Assembly (NCBI GenBank): GCA_965203355.1
Contig: OZ241889.1
Location: 3,744,001-3,808,000, forward strand
Length of the DNA: 64,000 nucleotides
Direction of reading: 5' to 3'
Source of the DNA: Candidatus Latescibacterota bacterium
GTDB taxonomy: Bacteria > Latescibacterota > UBA2968 > UBA8231
Shown here: piece by piece, positions 31,597 through 41,465 of the stretch
How positions within the stretch are numbered: the first letter of the stretch is position 1
How the letters are laid out: each line of letters opens with the position of its first letter
Program-made: the position numbers and the translations under genes
The notes under the pieces: model-generated
Databases searched by the model: none
Told to the model about the DNA's origin: nothing
The model's input: the letters and a program-made list of their open reading frames with translations, nothing else

Positions 31597-31639
31597 AGGC
31601 CGGGCGCACAACAGTGGACAGCGGACAAAGGAGATCCAT

Positions 31640-32491
31640 ATGAATAAAGCCTCGTTGTATTTAACAGCTTTAGCGATGTTGGCAGCCTCCGCTCTAGACG
31701 CCCGAACGCCGCGCGTAGGCGATCCGGCCCCGGATTTCCGCTTAGATCGGGTCGACGGCGGCCAAGCCGCTCTGAGCGACTTCGAGGGCCAAGTCGTCCT
31801 GATTTTCTTTTTGGGCTATAGCTGACCGGCCTGTCTCTCGCGGGCCGAGAGCTTTGAAGCATTGTGGCAGGAATTTGCCGCCGAAGCCGACGAGCGCTTT
31901 ACCGCTCTAGGGGCGGACGTGTGGGACGGCAGCGCAGCACAGGTACACGCCCGCTGGCGTTTGGGCCAAGGCGTGACCATGCCCCTCTTGCTGAAGGCCA
32001 GCCAAATGGCGAGCGATTACGGGCAATCCTATCAGACTTTTACCATCATCGACCACGAGGGCCTCATCCGCTTCAAGACCCATTCCCTGATTCCCATGGA
32101 CGAACTCCGCGCCGAAGTGCTGGGCGCGCTGGCCGACATACCGCCCCTTGAAGCGGAAGAGGCAGAACCAGCGGAAACGGCGGTGGCAACATTCGCTCAG
32201 GCGTCCGTTCCCCAAGCCTTCGCCCTAGAGCAGAACGCACCCAATCCGTTCAACGGCCAGACCGCGATCCGCTTCGCCCTGCCGCAACCGAGCCAAGTCG
32301 AGCTGGCGATCTACAACCTGCTCGGCCAGCCAGTGGCCGTGCTCGTACAGGGGCCTAGGGCGGCCGGGACCTTCTCGGTGCATTGGGATGGCCGCGACCA
32401 AGCGGGACGAGTGGTAACCAGCGGAGTGTACCTCTACCAGTTGCGCGCCGGCGAGTACACCCAAGTCCGCAAGTTGCTGCTGCTCCAGTGA
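31640..32491 (+). CDS. Secreted redoxin (AhpC/TSA-TlpA fold) selenoprotein with UxxC motif and C-terminal FlgD-Ig/T9SS-like sorting domain
   Basis: ORFs 31640-31825 and 31862-32491 are in frame across TGA 31823-31825, giving FFLGYS-U-PAC; hairpin follows; tail LEQNAPNPFN..T.I.F...WDG.D..G..V.SGVY.Y.L. Confidence 0.8.
31835..31851 (+). promoter_or_regulatory. Putative bacterial SECIS hairpin
   Basis: CTCTCG-CGGGC-CGAGAG stem-loop with G-containing loop just 3' of the in-frame TGA. Confidence 0.55.
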
Positions 32492-32493
32492 GA

Positions 32494-34008
32494 TCAGAAG
32501 AAGCGGTTGAGCAGCCGGACTTCGACGCCCTTAAACCCTAGCACCTCATAGCAAATACCCGCCGTGCAAGCTAGCCCCGAGCGACGCTGACCGACGAAAA
32601 CATGGAGGCTGTGGCCCTCGCCGAGGTCTCCCCCTAGATTGAGGCCGCGCCACCACGTGATGCCCGCGGGATCGGCCCCGGTTTCCAACTCGTCGGAGGT
32701 GCGCTGGAGTTGCACGGCGGCCGAGAGGCTGGGGGCGCGATGGACCGCCAAGGCATAGTACTGATTGGTGTAGGGAAGGGCCAGGTCGCCAAACCGCCGA
32801 TCGACGTCTTGAAATTGGGCGTCGAGTTCAAAGGTGTAGGACTCGCTAAGAGACCACGCCCAATGCGTACCCAAGAGGCGGCTTTTGTCGTCGAGGAGAA
32901 TCTGATTGTGGCTGAAGTCGGCAAAAAACTGCACATCGGCGCGGTCGCCCAAAGGCGAGTCCACCTGTACGAAGAATTCCCGCAGGACCTTGTCGTCGGC
33001 CGGGCCCGGGGCGCGGCGGCGCGTGGCGCGCGTCGCATGGGCGATGAGCGTTTGGCCGCTGGGAAAAGCGCAACTCAGTTCGGCTTGGTAGCCTTGCTCG
33101 TCGTCGGCGAGCAGGTCGTGAGTGATGCGGTTGAGGAGATAGGCCGAGTGCTCGCGGATCAGGGGCGGCGGATTGTTGATGTGTTCGAGGGCAAAGTCCT
33201 CGTAGTCTTTGTATTCCAAGCTCAAGCCCCACGGCCCGGACGCTATAGTAGCCGCCCAGTACAAGGCGCGGCCCAAACTGCGGTCGAGCGAAAAGAAGCG
33301 GTCGAATTCCACATCGCGCTGGGCGTACTCGCCCTGGAGATCGGCGTACACTGGGCCGAGGCCGAGCCGCCAGCGGGCATTAAACGCAGCGGCCGTTTCT
33401 CGCCGCCGACCGGCCGGGTAGCGGATCGCGCTAACGCCAACGTCGAAATGCGGGTGCGGTTTGAGCCGAAGCGAGCCAGCGTGGAGCACGTCCGGTCGCC
33501 GCGCAACCCCGGGCGGCAAATGGCTGTTGACCGGCGCACCGCGCAACAGCCGCAGCTCGGCCCGCTTGGCGCGGTAGCGCACCTGAACGCCGTCGAGATC
33601 GCGCACGATCTGGTAGCGACGGCGGCTCCGCGCCTCGGTAATCACGCCGGGCAGCTCAAAGGCGTGCAGGAGCAAGCCGCTGCCGATGATGGCGTAGAAA
33701 TTACCAGCCGTAGCTTCAAAGCCACGCCGGCGATAGGATGCCCAGCGCTGGAGAAGTTGGCCGTAGTTGCGGTTGGTGGCGCTAGCACCAAACGTCTCGC
33801 CGCGGACCCCGACCTGGAAATCCGCGCGTGCATAGTCGAGGCTGAATTGGTGGTAAATCGTCCGCAAATCGCTGGGCTGCGCGCCGGGCAGATTGCCGAC
33901 TTGCGCTTCGGTCAGGGCCGAAAGCCGCCACTCGGCTTGGATAGGCGCGGCCAGCAGCAGGGCCAATGCGGGAACGAAGTAGAGGAAAAATGAAACCAAT
34001 TTTCGCAT
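32494..34008 (-). CDS. Outer-membrane beta-barrel-like protein (DUF6029-like)
   Basis: Signal peptide, GNFY...GSGLLL, EYKDY, C-terminal GQRRSGLACTAGIC...FKG...F; start uncertain. Confidence 0.7.
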   Translation of the reverse strand: MRKLVSFFLYFVPALALLLAAPIQAEWRLSALTEAQVGNLPGAQPSDLRTIYHQFSLDYARADFQVGVRGETFGASATNRNYGQLLQRWASYRRRGFEATAGNFYAIIGSGLLLHAFELPGVITEARSRRRYQIVRDLDGVQVRYRAKRAELRLLRGAPVNSHLPPGVARRPDVLHAGSLRLKPHPHFDVGVSAIRYPAGRRRETAAAFNARWRLGLGPVYADLQGEYAQRDVEFDRFFSLDRSLGRALYWAATIASGPWGLSLEYKDYEDFALEHINNPPPLIREHSAYLLNRITHDLLADDEQGYQAELSCAFPSGQTLIAHATRATRRRAPGPADDKVLREFFVQVDSPLGDRADVQFFADFSHNQILLDDKSRLLGTHWAWSLSESYTFELDAQFQDVDRRFGDLALPYTNQYYALAVHRAPSLSAAVQLQRTSDELETGADPAGITWWRGLNLGGDLGEGHSLHVFVGQRRSGLACTAGICYEVLGFKGVEVRLLNRFF

Positions 34009-34484
34009 GGGCAACCTGCTTGCTGCTCGGCGGCGCGGCCCGCGCTGAAAAGGCTCCGCCACTCGTGCTGGAGCATCTCGACGGAGCGACCTTTTCGCTG
34101 GTGGAGACGCTCAAAAAAGGGCCGGTCGTACTCGACTTTTGGGCGACTTGGTGCAAGCCCTGCATCAAGAGCCTGCCCAAGCTCCAAGCCCTAGCCGAAA
34201 AATACGCCGAGCGCGGTGTCCAAGTGCTGACGATCAATGTCGATGGCACCCGGAACCTGCCCAAGGTGCGGCCCTTTATGCAGCGCCACAAGCTCAAACT
34301 GCCGGTGTTGCTCGACAAAACCAATGAGGTGCTCAAGCAGTTTCACCTAACGGGCATCCCCGCAACCCTGATCATCGCGGCCAACCGGACGGTGTGGTAC
34401 AAGCATCAGGGCTACCGGCCCGGCGACGAGCAAAAGCTCGCGGCCAAACTAGACGAATTGCTCGGCCCTTTAGCGGACGAATAG
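33990..34484 (+). CDS. TlpA-family thiol-disulfide oxidoreductase
   Basis: Signal peptide, LDFWATWCKPC, GIP cis-Pro loop; GAGG RBS. Confidence 0.9.
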   Translation: MKPIFAWATCLLLGGAARAEKAPPLVLEHLDGATFSLVETLKKGPVVLDFWATWCKPCIKSLPKLQALAEKYAERGVQVLTINVDGTRNLPKVRPFMQRHKLKLPVLLDKTNEVLKQFHLTGIPATLIIAANRTVWYKHQGYRPGDEQKLAAKLDELLGPLADE

Positions 34485-34502
34485 GCGATCGCGCACGCTT
34501 CC

Positions 34503-35882
34503 TTATCGGCCTAGCTCGTATTGCTTGATCTTCCGCTGTAGATTTCTCCGGGTCAGTTTAATCGCCGCCGCCGTCTGGCTTACGTTGCCGTTGGCCCTTT
34601 TTAGGGCCCGGCCGAGAAACAGCCGCTCGAACTGTGCGCGTGCCTCGTGGAAGAGCGGCTGCGGAATATCGTAGTACGTATCCTCGCCGCGATAGACCGG
34701 CTCCATCCCACCAGACAAGGAGACGGGTAGATGCTTGCGTTCTAGCTCGTCGCCTTTGGCCACTGTCATCGCCCGCATGATCGCGTTTTCCAGTTCGCGC
34801 ACATTGCCGGGCCAGTTGTATTCCTCTAAGCACTGCATAGCCTCGTTGGCAAACCCCTCAATATGCTTGTCGAGCACTCCATTGTAGCGGTTGACGAAGA
34901 AGGCACACAGCAGCGGCAGGTCGCTGAGACGCTCCCGCAGCGGCGGTATTTCAAGGGTCAGCGCGTTGATGCGATAGTAGAGATCTTCGCGGAAAGTGCC
35001 CGCCGCAATGCGGGCTTCAAGGTCTTGGTGCGTGGCCGTGAGCAGGCGCACATCCACTTGCTGGGTCTGGGTCGATCCCACCGGCTCAAACTCCCCTTCC
35101 TGTATCACGCGCAAGAGCCGAATTTGCATGTTGGTTTCGAGATCGCCGATTTCGTCGAGGAACAAGGTGCCGCCATCGGCCTCGGCAAAACGGCCAACGC
35201 GGTCGCGCACGGCTCCGGTAAAGGCCCCTTTGACGTGGCCGAACAGTTCGCTCTCCAGCACGCCCGGCGACAAGGCCGCGCAGTTGCAGCGCACCAAAGG
35301 CTTTCCGGCCCGGTCGCTGGTGCTGTGGATGGCGTTGGCCACCAGTTCCTTGCCCGTCCCGCTCTCGCCCCGAATCAGCACGGCGACCGGCGTGGGAGCC
35401 ACATCGCGGATGAGTTGGTAGAGCTGTCTCATGCTCTCGCTCCGGCCCACCAAGTTGCCGAACTCCCCTCGCCGCTCCCGCCGCAGCGCCTCGTTTTCCG
35501 AGCGCAGCGTCTGCAACTCCAAGATGCGGTCGAGATGGGCTAGCACTTCCCCAATGTCAAAAGGTTTCGACAGGTACCCGTAAGCACCTAACTTGACGGC
35601 GCGCACCGCGCTTTCCACATCGGCATAGGCCGTCAGCATGACGACTTCTTCCCGACGTTGCTGCTTTTTGAAAATCTCCAAGAAGCCAAGGCCATCCAAG
35701 CCTGGCATCCTCAAGTCGAGAAGGATGAGATCGAACTCCTCGTTGTTCAGCAGGGTTAGAGCCGCCTGGCCGCCGCCGCACGTGGCCACTTCCAAGCCCT
35801 CGCGTCGCAATAAAATGGCCGACAAGTCCAATAAGTCCTGCTCGTCATCTACCATGAGTATCCTGCCTGCGCGTTTGCTCAT
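34503..35882 (-). CDS. Sigma54-dependent response regulator (NtrC/AtoC family)
   Basis: Receiver domain (VDDE, D..MP, KPF), GESGTGKE, GAFTGA, LFLDEIG, WPGNVREL, Fis-type HTH. Confidence 0.95.
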   Translation of the reverse strand: MSKRAGRILMVDDEQDLLDLSAILLRREGLEVATCGGGQAALTLLNNEEFDLILLDLRMPGLDGLGFLEIFKKQQRREEVVMLTAYADVESAVRAVKLGAYGYLSKPFDIGEVLAHLDRILELQTLRSENEALRRERRGEFGNLVGRSESMRQLYQLIRDVAPTPVAVLIRGESGTGKELVANAIHSTSDRAGKPLVRCNCAALSPGVLESELFGHVKGAFTGAVRDRVGRFAEADGGTLFLDEIGDLETNMQIRLLRVIQEGEFEPVGSTQTQQVDVRLLTATHQDLEARIAAGTFREDLYYRINALTLEIPPLRERLSDLPLLCAFFVNRYNGVLDKHIEGFANEAMQCLEEYNWPGNVRELENAIMRAMTVAKGDELERKHLPVSLSGGMEPVYRGEDTYYDIPQPLFHEARAQFERLFLGRALKRANGNVSQTAAAIKLTRRNLQRKIKQYELGR

Positions 35883-35883
35883 G

Positions 35884-38007
35884 TCAGTCTTTCCTCTTGG
35901 CCTTTTCTATCGGTAAGTACAGCGAAAAAAGCGTGCCTTGGTCGAGCACGCTTTCGACCTCAATCCGGCCGCCGATCTCCTGTATTTGCCGGTGGACGAT
36001 GGCCAGCCCCAGCCCGGTACCGTGCCCCGGCGGTTTGGTCGAATAAAACGGCTCGAATATCTGCCGGATGTGCGCTTGGTCAATGCCCGTACCCGTATCG
36101 CCGATCTCCACTATCACCCAGTCGTCCCGCTGCACAGCCGAGATGCGCAACGCGCCGCCATCGGGCATGGCTGCCAAGGCATTGCTGATTAGATTGAGAA
36201 AAATATCCTTGAGCATATCCCGATTCACCCATACCGGCGACACCGCGTGCAAGTTAGCCTCAATAGCTATGCCGAGATGCTCGGCGTGTTTTTGTTCGAG
36301 GGCGACCAGTTGCCGTAGGATGCCTGTTGGATCGACCCACTCCTGCACCTGCTGGGCGGGTCGGGCAAAGTCCAGCAGATTGAGCACCCGCTCATTGATC
36401 CGGCCAATAGCCGCGCCCAGGGGCCTGAGCGCTTGGTCCCGCCCTTCCACTTCCGGCGGAACAATCTGCTCCAACAACTCGTAGGCGTGCCGGATGATCG
36501 CCAGCGGATTCTTGATTTCGTGTGCCACGCCAGCCGCCATCTCGCCGAGGGAGGCCAGTTTCTCAGCTTGGCCGTAGTGAAGCTCCAGCAGCTTGCGCTG
36601 GGTTTGGTCGTCAACTACCAGCAACAAAGACCCGGGCAAGGCCCCGGCCAAGTCCAAGACCTTCAAGTTCCAAAACCGGGTGCCGCCTTGCGGCCCCTTG
36701 ATCGCCAAATTGTCAACCTCCTTCGCCTTGGGGTTGCTGTCGATCCAGTCCCAAAGCTGCTGCCCCTCGGCCGTGTGCTCCCAAGCGTCGGCCCGGTCTT
36801 CGCCAAAGAGTTGGTGCCAGGCCTTGTTTATCCGCACGGTCCGCCGCTGCTGGGACACCACTGCAATCGCGAGGGGATTGTCCTCGATGAGCCGGTCGTT
36901 GAAGTTCAGCTCGGCTTTGAGCTCGGCTTTGCGGGCTTCGAGGGCTTGGTTCATTTCGGTGAACGCCTGCCCCAATTCCCACAGCTCGTCCTTTATGGCC
37001 GGCAACTCAAGGGCAAACGCCTCGCCCGCCTGCACGGCCCGCACCGTGTGCATCAGCCGATTGATGGGACGAGTGATCGACCGCAGCAGGGCCAAGCCCA
37101 GCAAAATGGCTCCTACCACCGAGGCGACCGTGATCCAGTTGGCGCGTTGCTGCATCATCGCCACCAGCCCAAACGCCTCGCCCGCCTCCTGCCGCACCAC
37201 CACGGTCCAGCCCCAGTCCTCAATCTGCGCCAAACCCGCCACCCACTCGCGCCCCTCAATGTCGCGCCATTGCCGGGTGCCGTCGCCGCTTAGGCGGGGC
37301 ACGAATTCGGGATGGGGGGCATCGACATAGACATCTTGGCGTTCGGGCAAGGCAATGTAGCGACCTCGCGCGTCCAACAATATCCCGCGCCCGGTGTCCC
37401 CCAGCCGAATTTGGTCAACCTGGTGCCAGACTTCGTACAAAGCGAAACGGGCGATCAAAGCGCCGACCACTTGATCGCCCTCTTTGACCGCCAAGCCAAT
37501 AAACAGGCTCGGTTGCCCTGCGTGCTGGACGACCTCTGAAGCGTAGAACGCCTCCCGCTTCACCGCCGCCCACAGCAACCGAGCACCGGGCAAATAATCC
37601 GGGGGCAGCCGCGCCCCGCGCTGGAACGGCCCCTCGACATCGAGGACGCTAGTAGCTTGGATCAAGCGGGTCGTATCGACGAAGCAAAGTTCGGCTACCG
37701 CGTCCAGCTCCAACCCAACCTGACTCAACAGACTCTGCCGCCGCCAAGGGTCGCGGACCACGTTCATGCTCTGGGCCAGCACCTCGAGGCTGGCGATGGG
37801 CTGCGCGAGAAAATGGTAGATCTCCCGCGCCGCCCGCTGCGCCACCTGTTGGTGGCTACCGAGCACCGCCTGCTCTAGCGCACTCCGCGCCGTGTACACG
37901 AGTACGCCAGCCACTAACAGCACAGGTACCAACCCGACGATCAGGTGATTGCCCAGCAACCGCACCCACAGGTGCTGCATGTTGGCGATAAGGGCCATAC
38001 CCTTCAT
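35884..38007 (-). CDS. Membrane sensor histidine kinase (Cache-like/HAMP/PAS/HisKA/HATPase)
   Basis: Two TM helices, AHEIKNPL, NL..NA, DTGTG, F.PFYSTK, GTGLGL. Confidence 0.92.
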   Translation of the reverse strand: MKGMALIANMQHLWVRLLGNHLIVGLVPVLLVAGVLVYTARSALEQAVLGSHQQVAQRAAREIYHFLAQPIASLEVLAQSMNVVRDPWRRQSLLSQVGLELDAVAELCFVDTTRLIQATSVLDVEGPFQRGARLPPDYLPGARLLWAAVKREAFYASEVVQHAGQPSLFIGLAVKEGDQVVGALIARFALYEVWHQVDQIRLGDTGRGILLDARGRYIALPERQDVYVDAPHPEFVPRLSGDGTRQWRDIEGREWVAGLAQIEDWGWTVVVRQEAGEAFGLVAMMQQRANWITVASVVGAILLGLALLRSITRPINRLMHTVRAVQAGEAFALELPAIKDELWELGQAFTEMNQALEARKAELKAELNFNDRLIEDNPLAIAVVSQQRRTVRINKAWHQLFGEDRADAWEHTAEGQQLWDWIDSNPKAKEVDNLAIKGPQGGTRFWNLKVLDLAGALPGSLLLVVDDQTQRKLLELHYGQAEKLASLGEMAAGVAHEIKNPLAIIRHAYELLEQIVPPEVEGRDQALRPLGAAIGRINERVLNLLDFARPAQQVQEWVDPTGILRQLVALEQKHAEHLGIAIEANLHAVSPVWVNRDMLKDIFLNLISNALAAMPDGGALRISAVQRDDWVIVEIGDTGTGIDQAHIRQIFEPFYSTKPPGHGTGLGLAIVHRQIQEIGGRIEVESVLDQGTLFSLYLPIEKAKRKD

Positions 38008-39611
38008 TTCCCCGGCCGGGGCGTACGCTGCGCCCAGTACCACGCCGGCAAACTGCGAAAAATCCCCTTGTGTACAATCGACTCCAATCCTCGCAACGGC
38101 TGCCGCACCGCATACATGACCGGCTCTTTGCAGATGAAAATCGTGGGGTGATCCTCCAGCAGATGGCGGTGAATGTTTCTGTAAATAGCGATGCGCCGGT
38201 CCGCGTCGTAGGCCGCCCTCCCGGCTTCGATCAGCCGATCCATTTCGGCATTCGCATAGCCCGACCAATTGTGCGCGTGCTGCGAATGCCATTCCGAGAC
38301 GGTTATATCCGGGTCAAAGGCACTGTACCCTTCCCCTAATACCATGTCGAACCGCGTTCTCATGGCAGAGAATGCTTGTAGAGACTCGGTCTGCATCCGC
38401 AGATGAATCCCGACTTCTTCCAGATCCTTCCGCAACTGGGCCGCGATGTCGTGCCGATGCGGCACCTCCTTGACCATGACCAAGGTCAATTCCAATGCCT
38501 CGCCGTCCCGCTCGCGCAGCCCATCTCCATCCGCATCCACCCAACCGGCGGCCCGCAGTATGGCCCGGGCACGCCGCTGATCTTTGACCGGCACGGCCAC
38601 TTGCGGATCGCTATAGACCGAGCCGGGCGGAAAAGGCCCGGCGATAAAAACGGAATCGGCCGTTGCCGCTCCGCTGAGCAGACGCCATATGGCCGGGCGA
38701 TCAATCGCATGGTGAAGCGCCTCCCGCACGCGCCGATCAGCCAACACCGACTCTAAGCGGCAGTTTAAGCTCAGTGCCGTATAGGACAAACCCGGTTCTG
38801 TGATCACGTTGAAGGCCGGATTGTCGGCCACACTCTTCAGGTCGTCGGGCGCAGCGGATAGGGCTACATCGCTCTCGCCGCGCATAAATGCGGCCCAAGC
38901 ATGCCGCGTGTCCGGGTAATCGCCGCGCACCTCCACCGTATCTAGGTATGGACGCCCGCCGTAATACCCCTCAAAGGCCACCATCCGCAGGTGCGCCGCG
39001 CCCATCCAACCGGCAAAGCGGAACGGGCCCGCTCCAATGGGATGCCGGTTGAACGGCAATTCATCCAGCCCATAGCCAGCCGCCACTTGCGGCTCCACGA
39101 GGTGCTTGGGCAGAATGTGGAGCCGCAAGTGCAATAGAGCCGACCACTGGGGTGGAGCGGCATAGTGGAGCCGCACAATGTCGTCGCTGAGCACTTCAAC
39201 CCGCTCAAAGAGCAAATGCTCCCCGTTTTGCTGCGCTCTCATCAATCGCAGCGTGAAAACCACGTCCTCAGCCGTTACCGGATGACCATCGTGGAACTGG
39301 ACATCCGACCGCAGCAAGATGTCCCAAGACTTGAGGTGGGGGCTGAATGGCCAAGCTACGGCCAGCCCCGGGGCGAGCTGACCGTTGGGCATTTCCGCAA
39401 ACAGGCGTTCAAAGAGCAGGTCCAAGACCTCGGTGCTCACGGTGTGGGAGGCCATGAGCGGATTGAGCGGCTCCAGGCCTCCGGTTGCTCCAATCCGCAC
39501 TCGGCCTCCATAGAAAGGCCCGTCGCGGTCGGTCTCACTACAACCCCAAAAGAGAAAAAATATCCATACTACGGTCGTGCCTGTGCTTGGGGCACGGACT
39601 GGACGCCCCAT
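38004..39611 (-). CDS. Family 5 (peptide/nickel) solute-binding lipoprotein, no permease nearby
   Basis: FWGC lipobox-like motif, FHDG.PVTAEDV.F, GAGPF, VREAL..AIDR; stop overlaps kinase start. Confidence 0.88.
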   Translation of the reverse strand: MGRPVRAPSTGTTVVWIFFLFWGCSETDRDGPFYGGRVRIGATGGLEPLNPLMASHTVSTEVLDLLFERLFAEMPNGQLAPGLAVAWPFSPHLKSWDILLRSDVQFHDGHPVTAEDVVFTLRLMRAQQNGEHLLFERVEVLSDDIVRLHYAAPPQWSALLHLRLHILPKHLVEPQVAAGYGLDELPFNRHPIGAGPFRFAGWMGAAHLRMVAFEGYYGGRPYLDTVEVRGDYPDTRHAWAAFMRGESDVALSAAPDDLKSVADNPAFNVITEPGLSYTALSLNCRLESVLADRRVREALHHAIDRPAIWRLLSGAATADSVFIAGPFPPGSVYSDPQVAVPVKDQRRARAILRAAGWVDADGDGLRERDGEALELTLVMVKEVPHRHDIAAQLRKDLEEVGIHLRMQTESLQAFSAMRTRFDMVLGEGYSAFDPDITVSEWHSQHAHNWSGYANAEMDRLIEAGRAAYDADRRIAIYRNIHRHLLEDHPTIFICKEPVMYAVRQPLRGLESIVHKGIFRSLPAWYWAQRTPRPGK

Positions 39612-39938
39612 CGCGCCTCATTTCTGTTGAGATATACGCCCTGAGTACGCTCAGATAATAAAGCGCAGTGTTCGGCGACAAAAGCACACCCCGCAAGACT
39701 TGGACCATCATGCAAGGGGTCTGGTGCGATAGCCGAAGCACCACTACCCGGCCTTCTTAATCTCTTCGGCCACGGGCCGACTTTCCGCGGCAAAATGATC
39801 GGGGCGTTGTGATTGACAATATCATAGGGTATCGTCCCCGCCTGACAGCCGACCAGCATGATATCCGGTTTTTTCACCGCGTTAATTTCGCGCATCTTGT
39901 GATCTAGGTACGGGCCGTAGTATTGCAATGGCATCTGT

Positions 39939-40419
39939 CTAGGCGCGGCATAGCCCATAGGAAAGGAAAAATCCATCCCAAACAGTGCCGAATGGTGCTT
40001 TGTATCTGATCGCGATCTGTTGCTTGATCGGCTCGTTGGCATCGCCGACGATCAGCAGCCGTTTGTCGTGGGAGACGCCCCGTTGCGCCATCGCCTGCTT
40101 CCACTGGTCGAGTTGGGCAAACAAACACGCTCCACACGTCCGGCTCGTCGAGACGACCACGAGCAACGGCAGGCCGTCCCCGACGACTGCCGCGTTATCG
40201 GCCCCAGTCCACCGATTCGATCAGCTTGCGGTGTAATTTCTCCTTGAGAGCGGCGTGGACCTCATAGTTCCACTGGACGGTTTCCAAGTGTTTCAGCCGC
40301 TCGTTGAGAGCCTCCAACTCGTCGCGTTGGTCCGTGTTGTCTTGGTGTAGGGCCAAGGCGACCGAGCCGAGGCCAAGAGATAGTGCTAGCAGTGCTTTAG
40401 CTAGCTTAGTGATATTCAT
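39939..40419 (-). pseudogene. Frameshifted exported protein with a thioredoxin-like CxxC motif
   Basis: Signal peptide/coiled coil (40419-40195) continues after a 1-nt shift in a G4 run (~40202-40205) into LLVVVSTSRTCGAC. Confidence 0.55.
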
Positions 40420-40455
40420 GGTAAGGGTTCCTTTCTCTATAGTTGTTATGGATGA

Positions 40456-41406
40456 TTAGTTGTCGGCGATTGAAGTTCGCACAAGACGCACACCAACAGA
40501 GTAATCACCAGATTCGGGATCCTTGGCCGCACGACTCGCGGACCGCGAATAGATGACAGGATCGATAAAGTCACCACCACGTATGACGCGGCCGTGCAGA
40601 CCACCGTCGACGATGGGGCTAGCAGCAGGGCCTACCGGCGCCACCCGAAGCGAACGCTTGTAATAGGCTTTGTCATACCAATCCGCCACCCACTCCCACA
40701 CATTACCGTGCATATCATACAAGCCCCAAGCATTCGGACGATGGTGCCCCACCGCATGAGCATACTTCTCATAGCGGTCCAGCGTATTGTCGCGATACCA
40801 CATATAGCGGCCAAACGAAACCTTACTTTTGTCATACCACCACAGGGTGGAAAACGCCCCCGCCTCGTTGCCAAACGACCACAGCGTCGTCGTTCCACTC
40901 CGACAGGCATACTCCCACTCGGCCTCGGTCGGCAACCGATACCCGGCCGACCCATCAAGGCCATTGAGCCGGTGTATCAGGGCTTGGGCATCGTGCCAAG
41001 AAACATACACGGCCGGATGCGACGGGTTGGACTGCACCAACTCTTTGTCGGTGTCATCAGGCCAACGCCAAGGCGTCGTGCCCATGATCGCCTGCCACTG
41101 GCCTTGCGTCACTTCGTGTTTGCCCAACCAGAACCCCGCCCGAATCACCACTTCGTGTACGGGCAGGGAGCCTTGGTCAAGCGCGATGGCTTCCAACTCT
41201 TTCAGCCACTCGTCGTCTGGCAGGTGATCGCCCATCTGAAAGGTGCCCGGCTCGATCCACACAAACGTCAGTTGGGTGCCGCCGGGCAGCGTAACGGTCT
41301 GCTCTTGGCCGACGTCTCGTTGTGCTGTATCCTCGGCGTAGGCTGCGTGGTTCCCAAGCCACCCAACGCCCGCTATGGCGAGTAAAAGCATCCGTGTATT
41401 CATCAT
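40456..41406 (-). CDS. Secreted formylglycine-generating-enzyme (SUMF1/FGE-sulfatase) domain protein
   Basis: EVTQGQW, VSWHDA, RLPTEAEWEYACR, PNAWGLYDMHGNVWEW, RVIRGG. Confidence 0.92.
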   Translation of the reverse strand: MMNTRMLLLAIAGVGWLGNHAAYAEDTAQRDVGQEQTVTLPGGTQLTFVWIEPGTFQMGDHLPDDEWLKELEAIALDQGSLPVHEVVIRAGFWLGKHEVTQGQWQAIMGTTPWRWPDDTDKELVQSNPSHPAVYVSWHDAQALIHRLNGLDGSAGYRLPTEAEWEYACRSGTTTLWSFGNEAGAFSTLWWYDKSKVSFGRYMWYRDNTLDRYEKYAHAVGHHRPNAWGLYDMHGNVWEWVADWYDKAYYKRSLRVAPVGPAASPIVDGGLHGRVIRGGDFIDPVIYSRSASRAAKDPESGDYSVGVRLVRTSIADN

Positions 41407-41465
41407 GTGCTCCTTATGGAATGAACTGCCGGTCGGCAGATTTGAAATGGAGGTGTCGTCCCGCC

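Noticed and set aside
40456-40600. FGE-domain 3' end as a diversity-generating-retroelement variable region
   Set aside because: The fold is a known DGR target, but no template repeat or reverse transcriptase is visible in the window; a remote DGR cannot be excluded.
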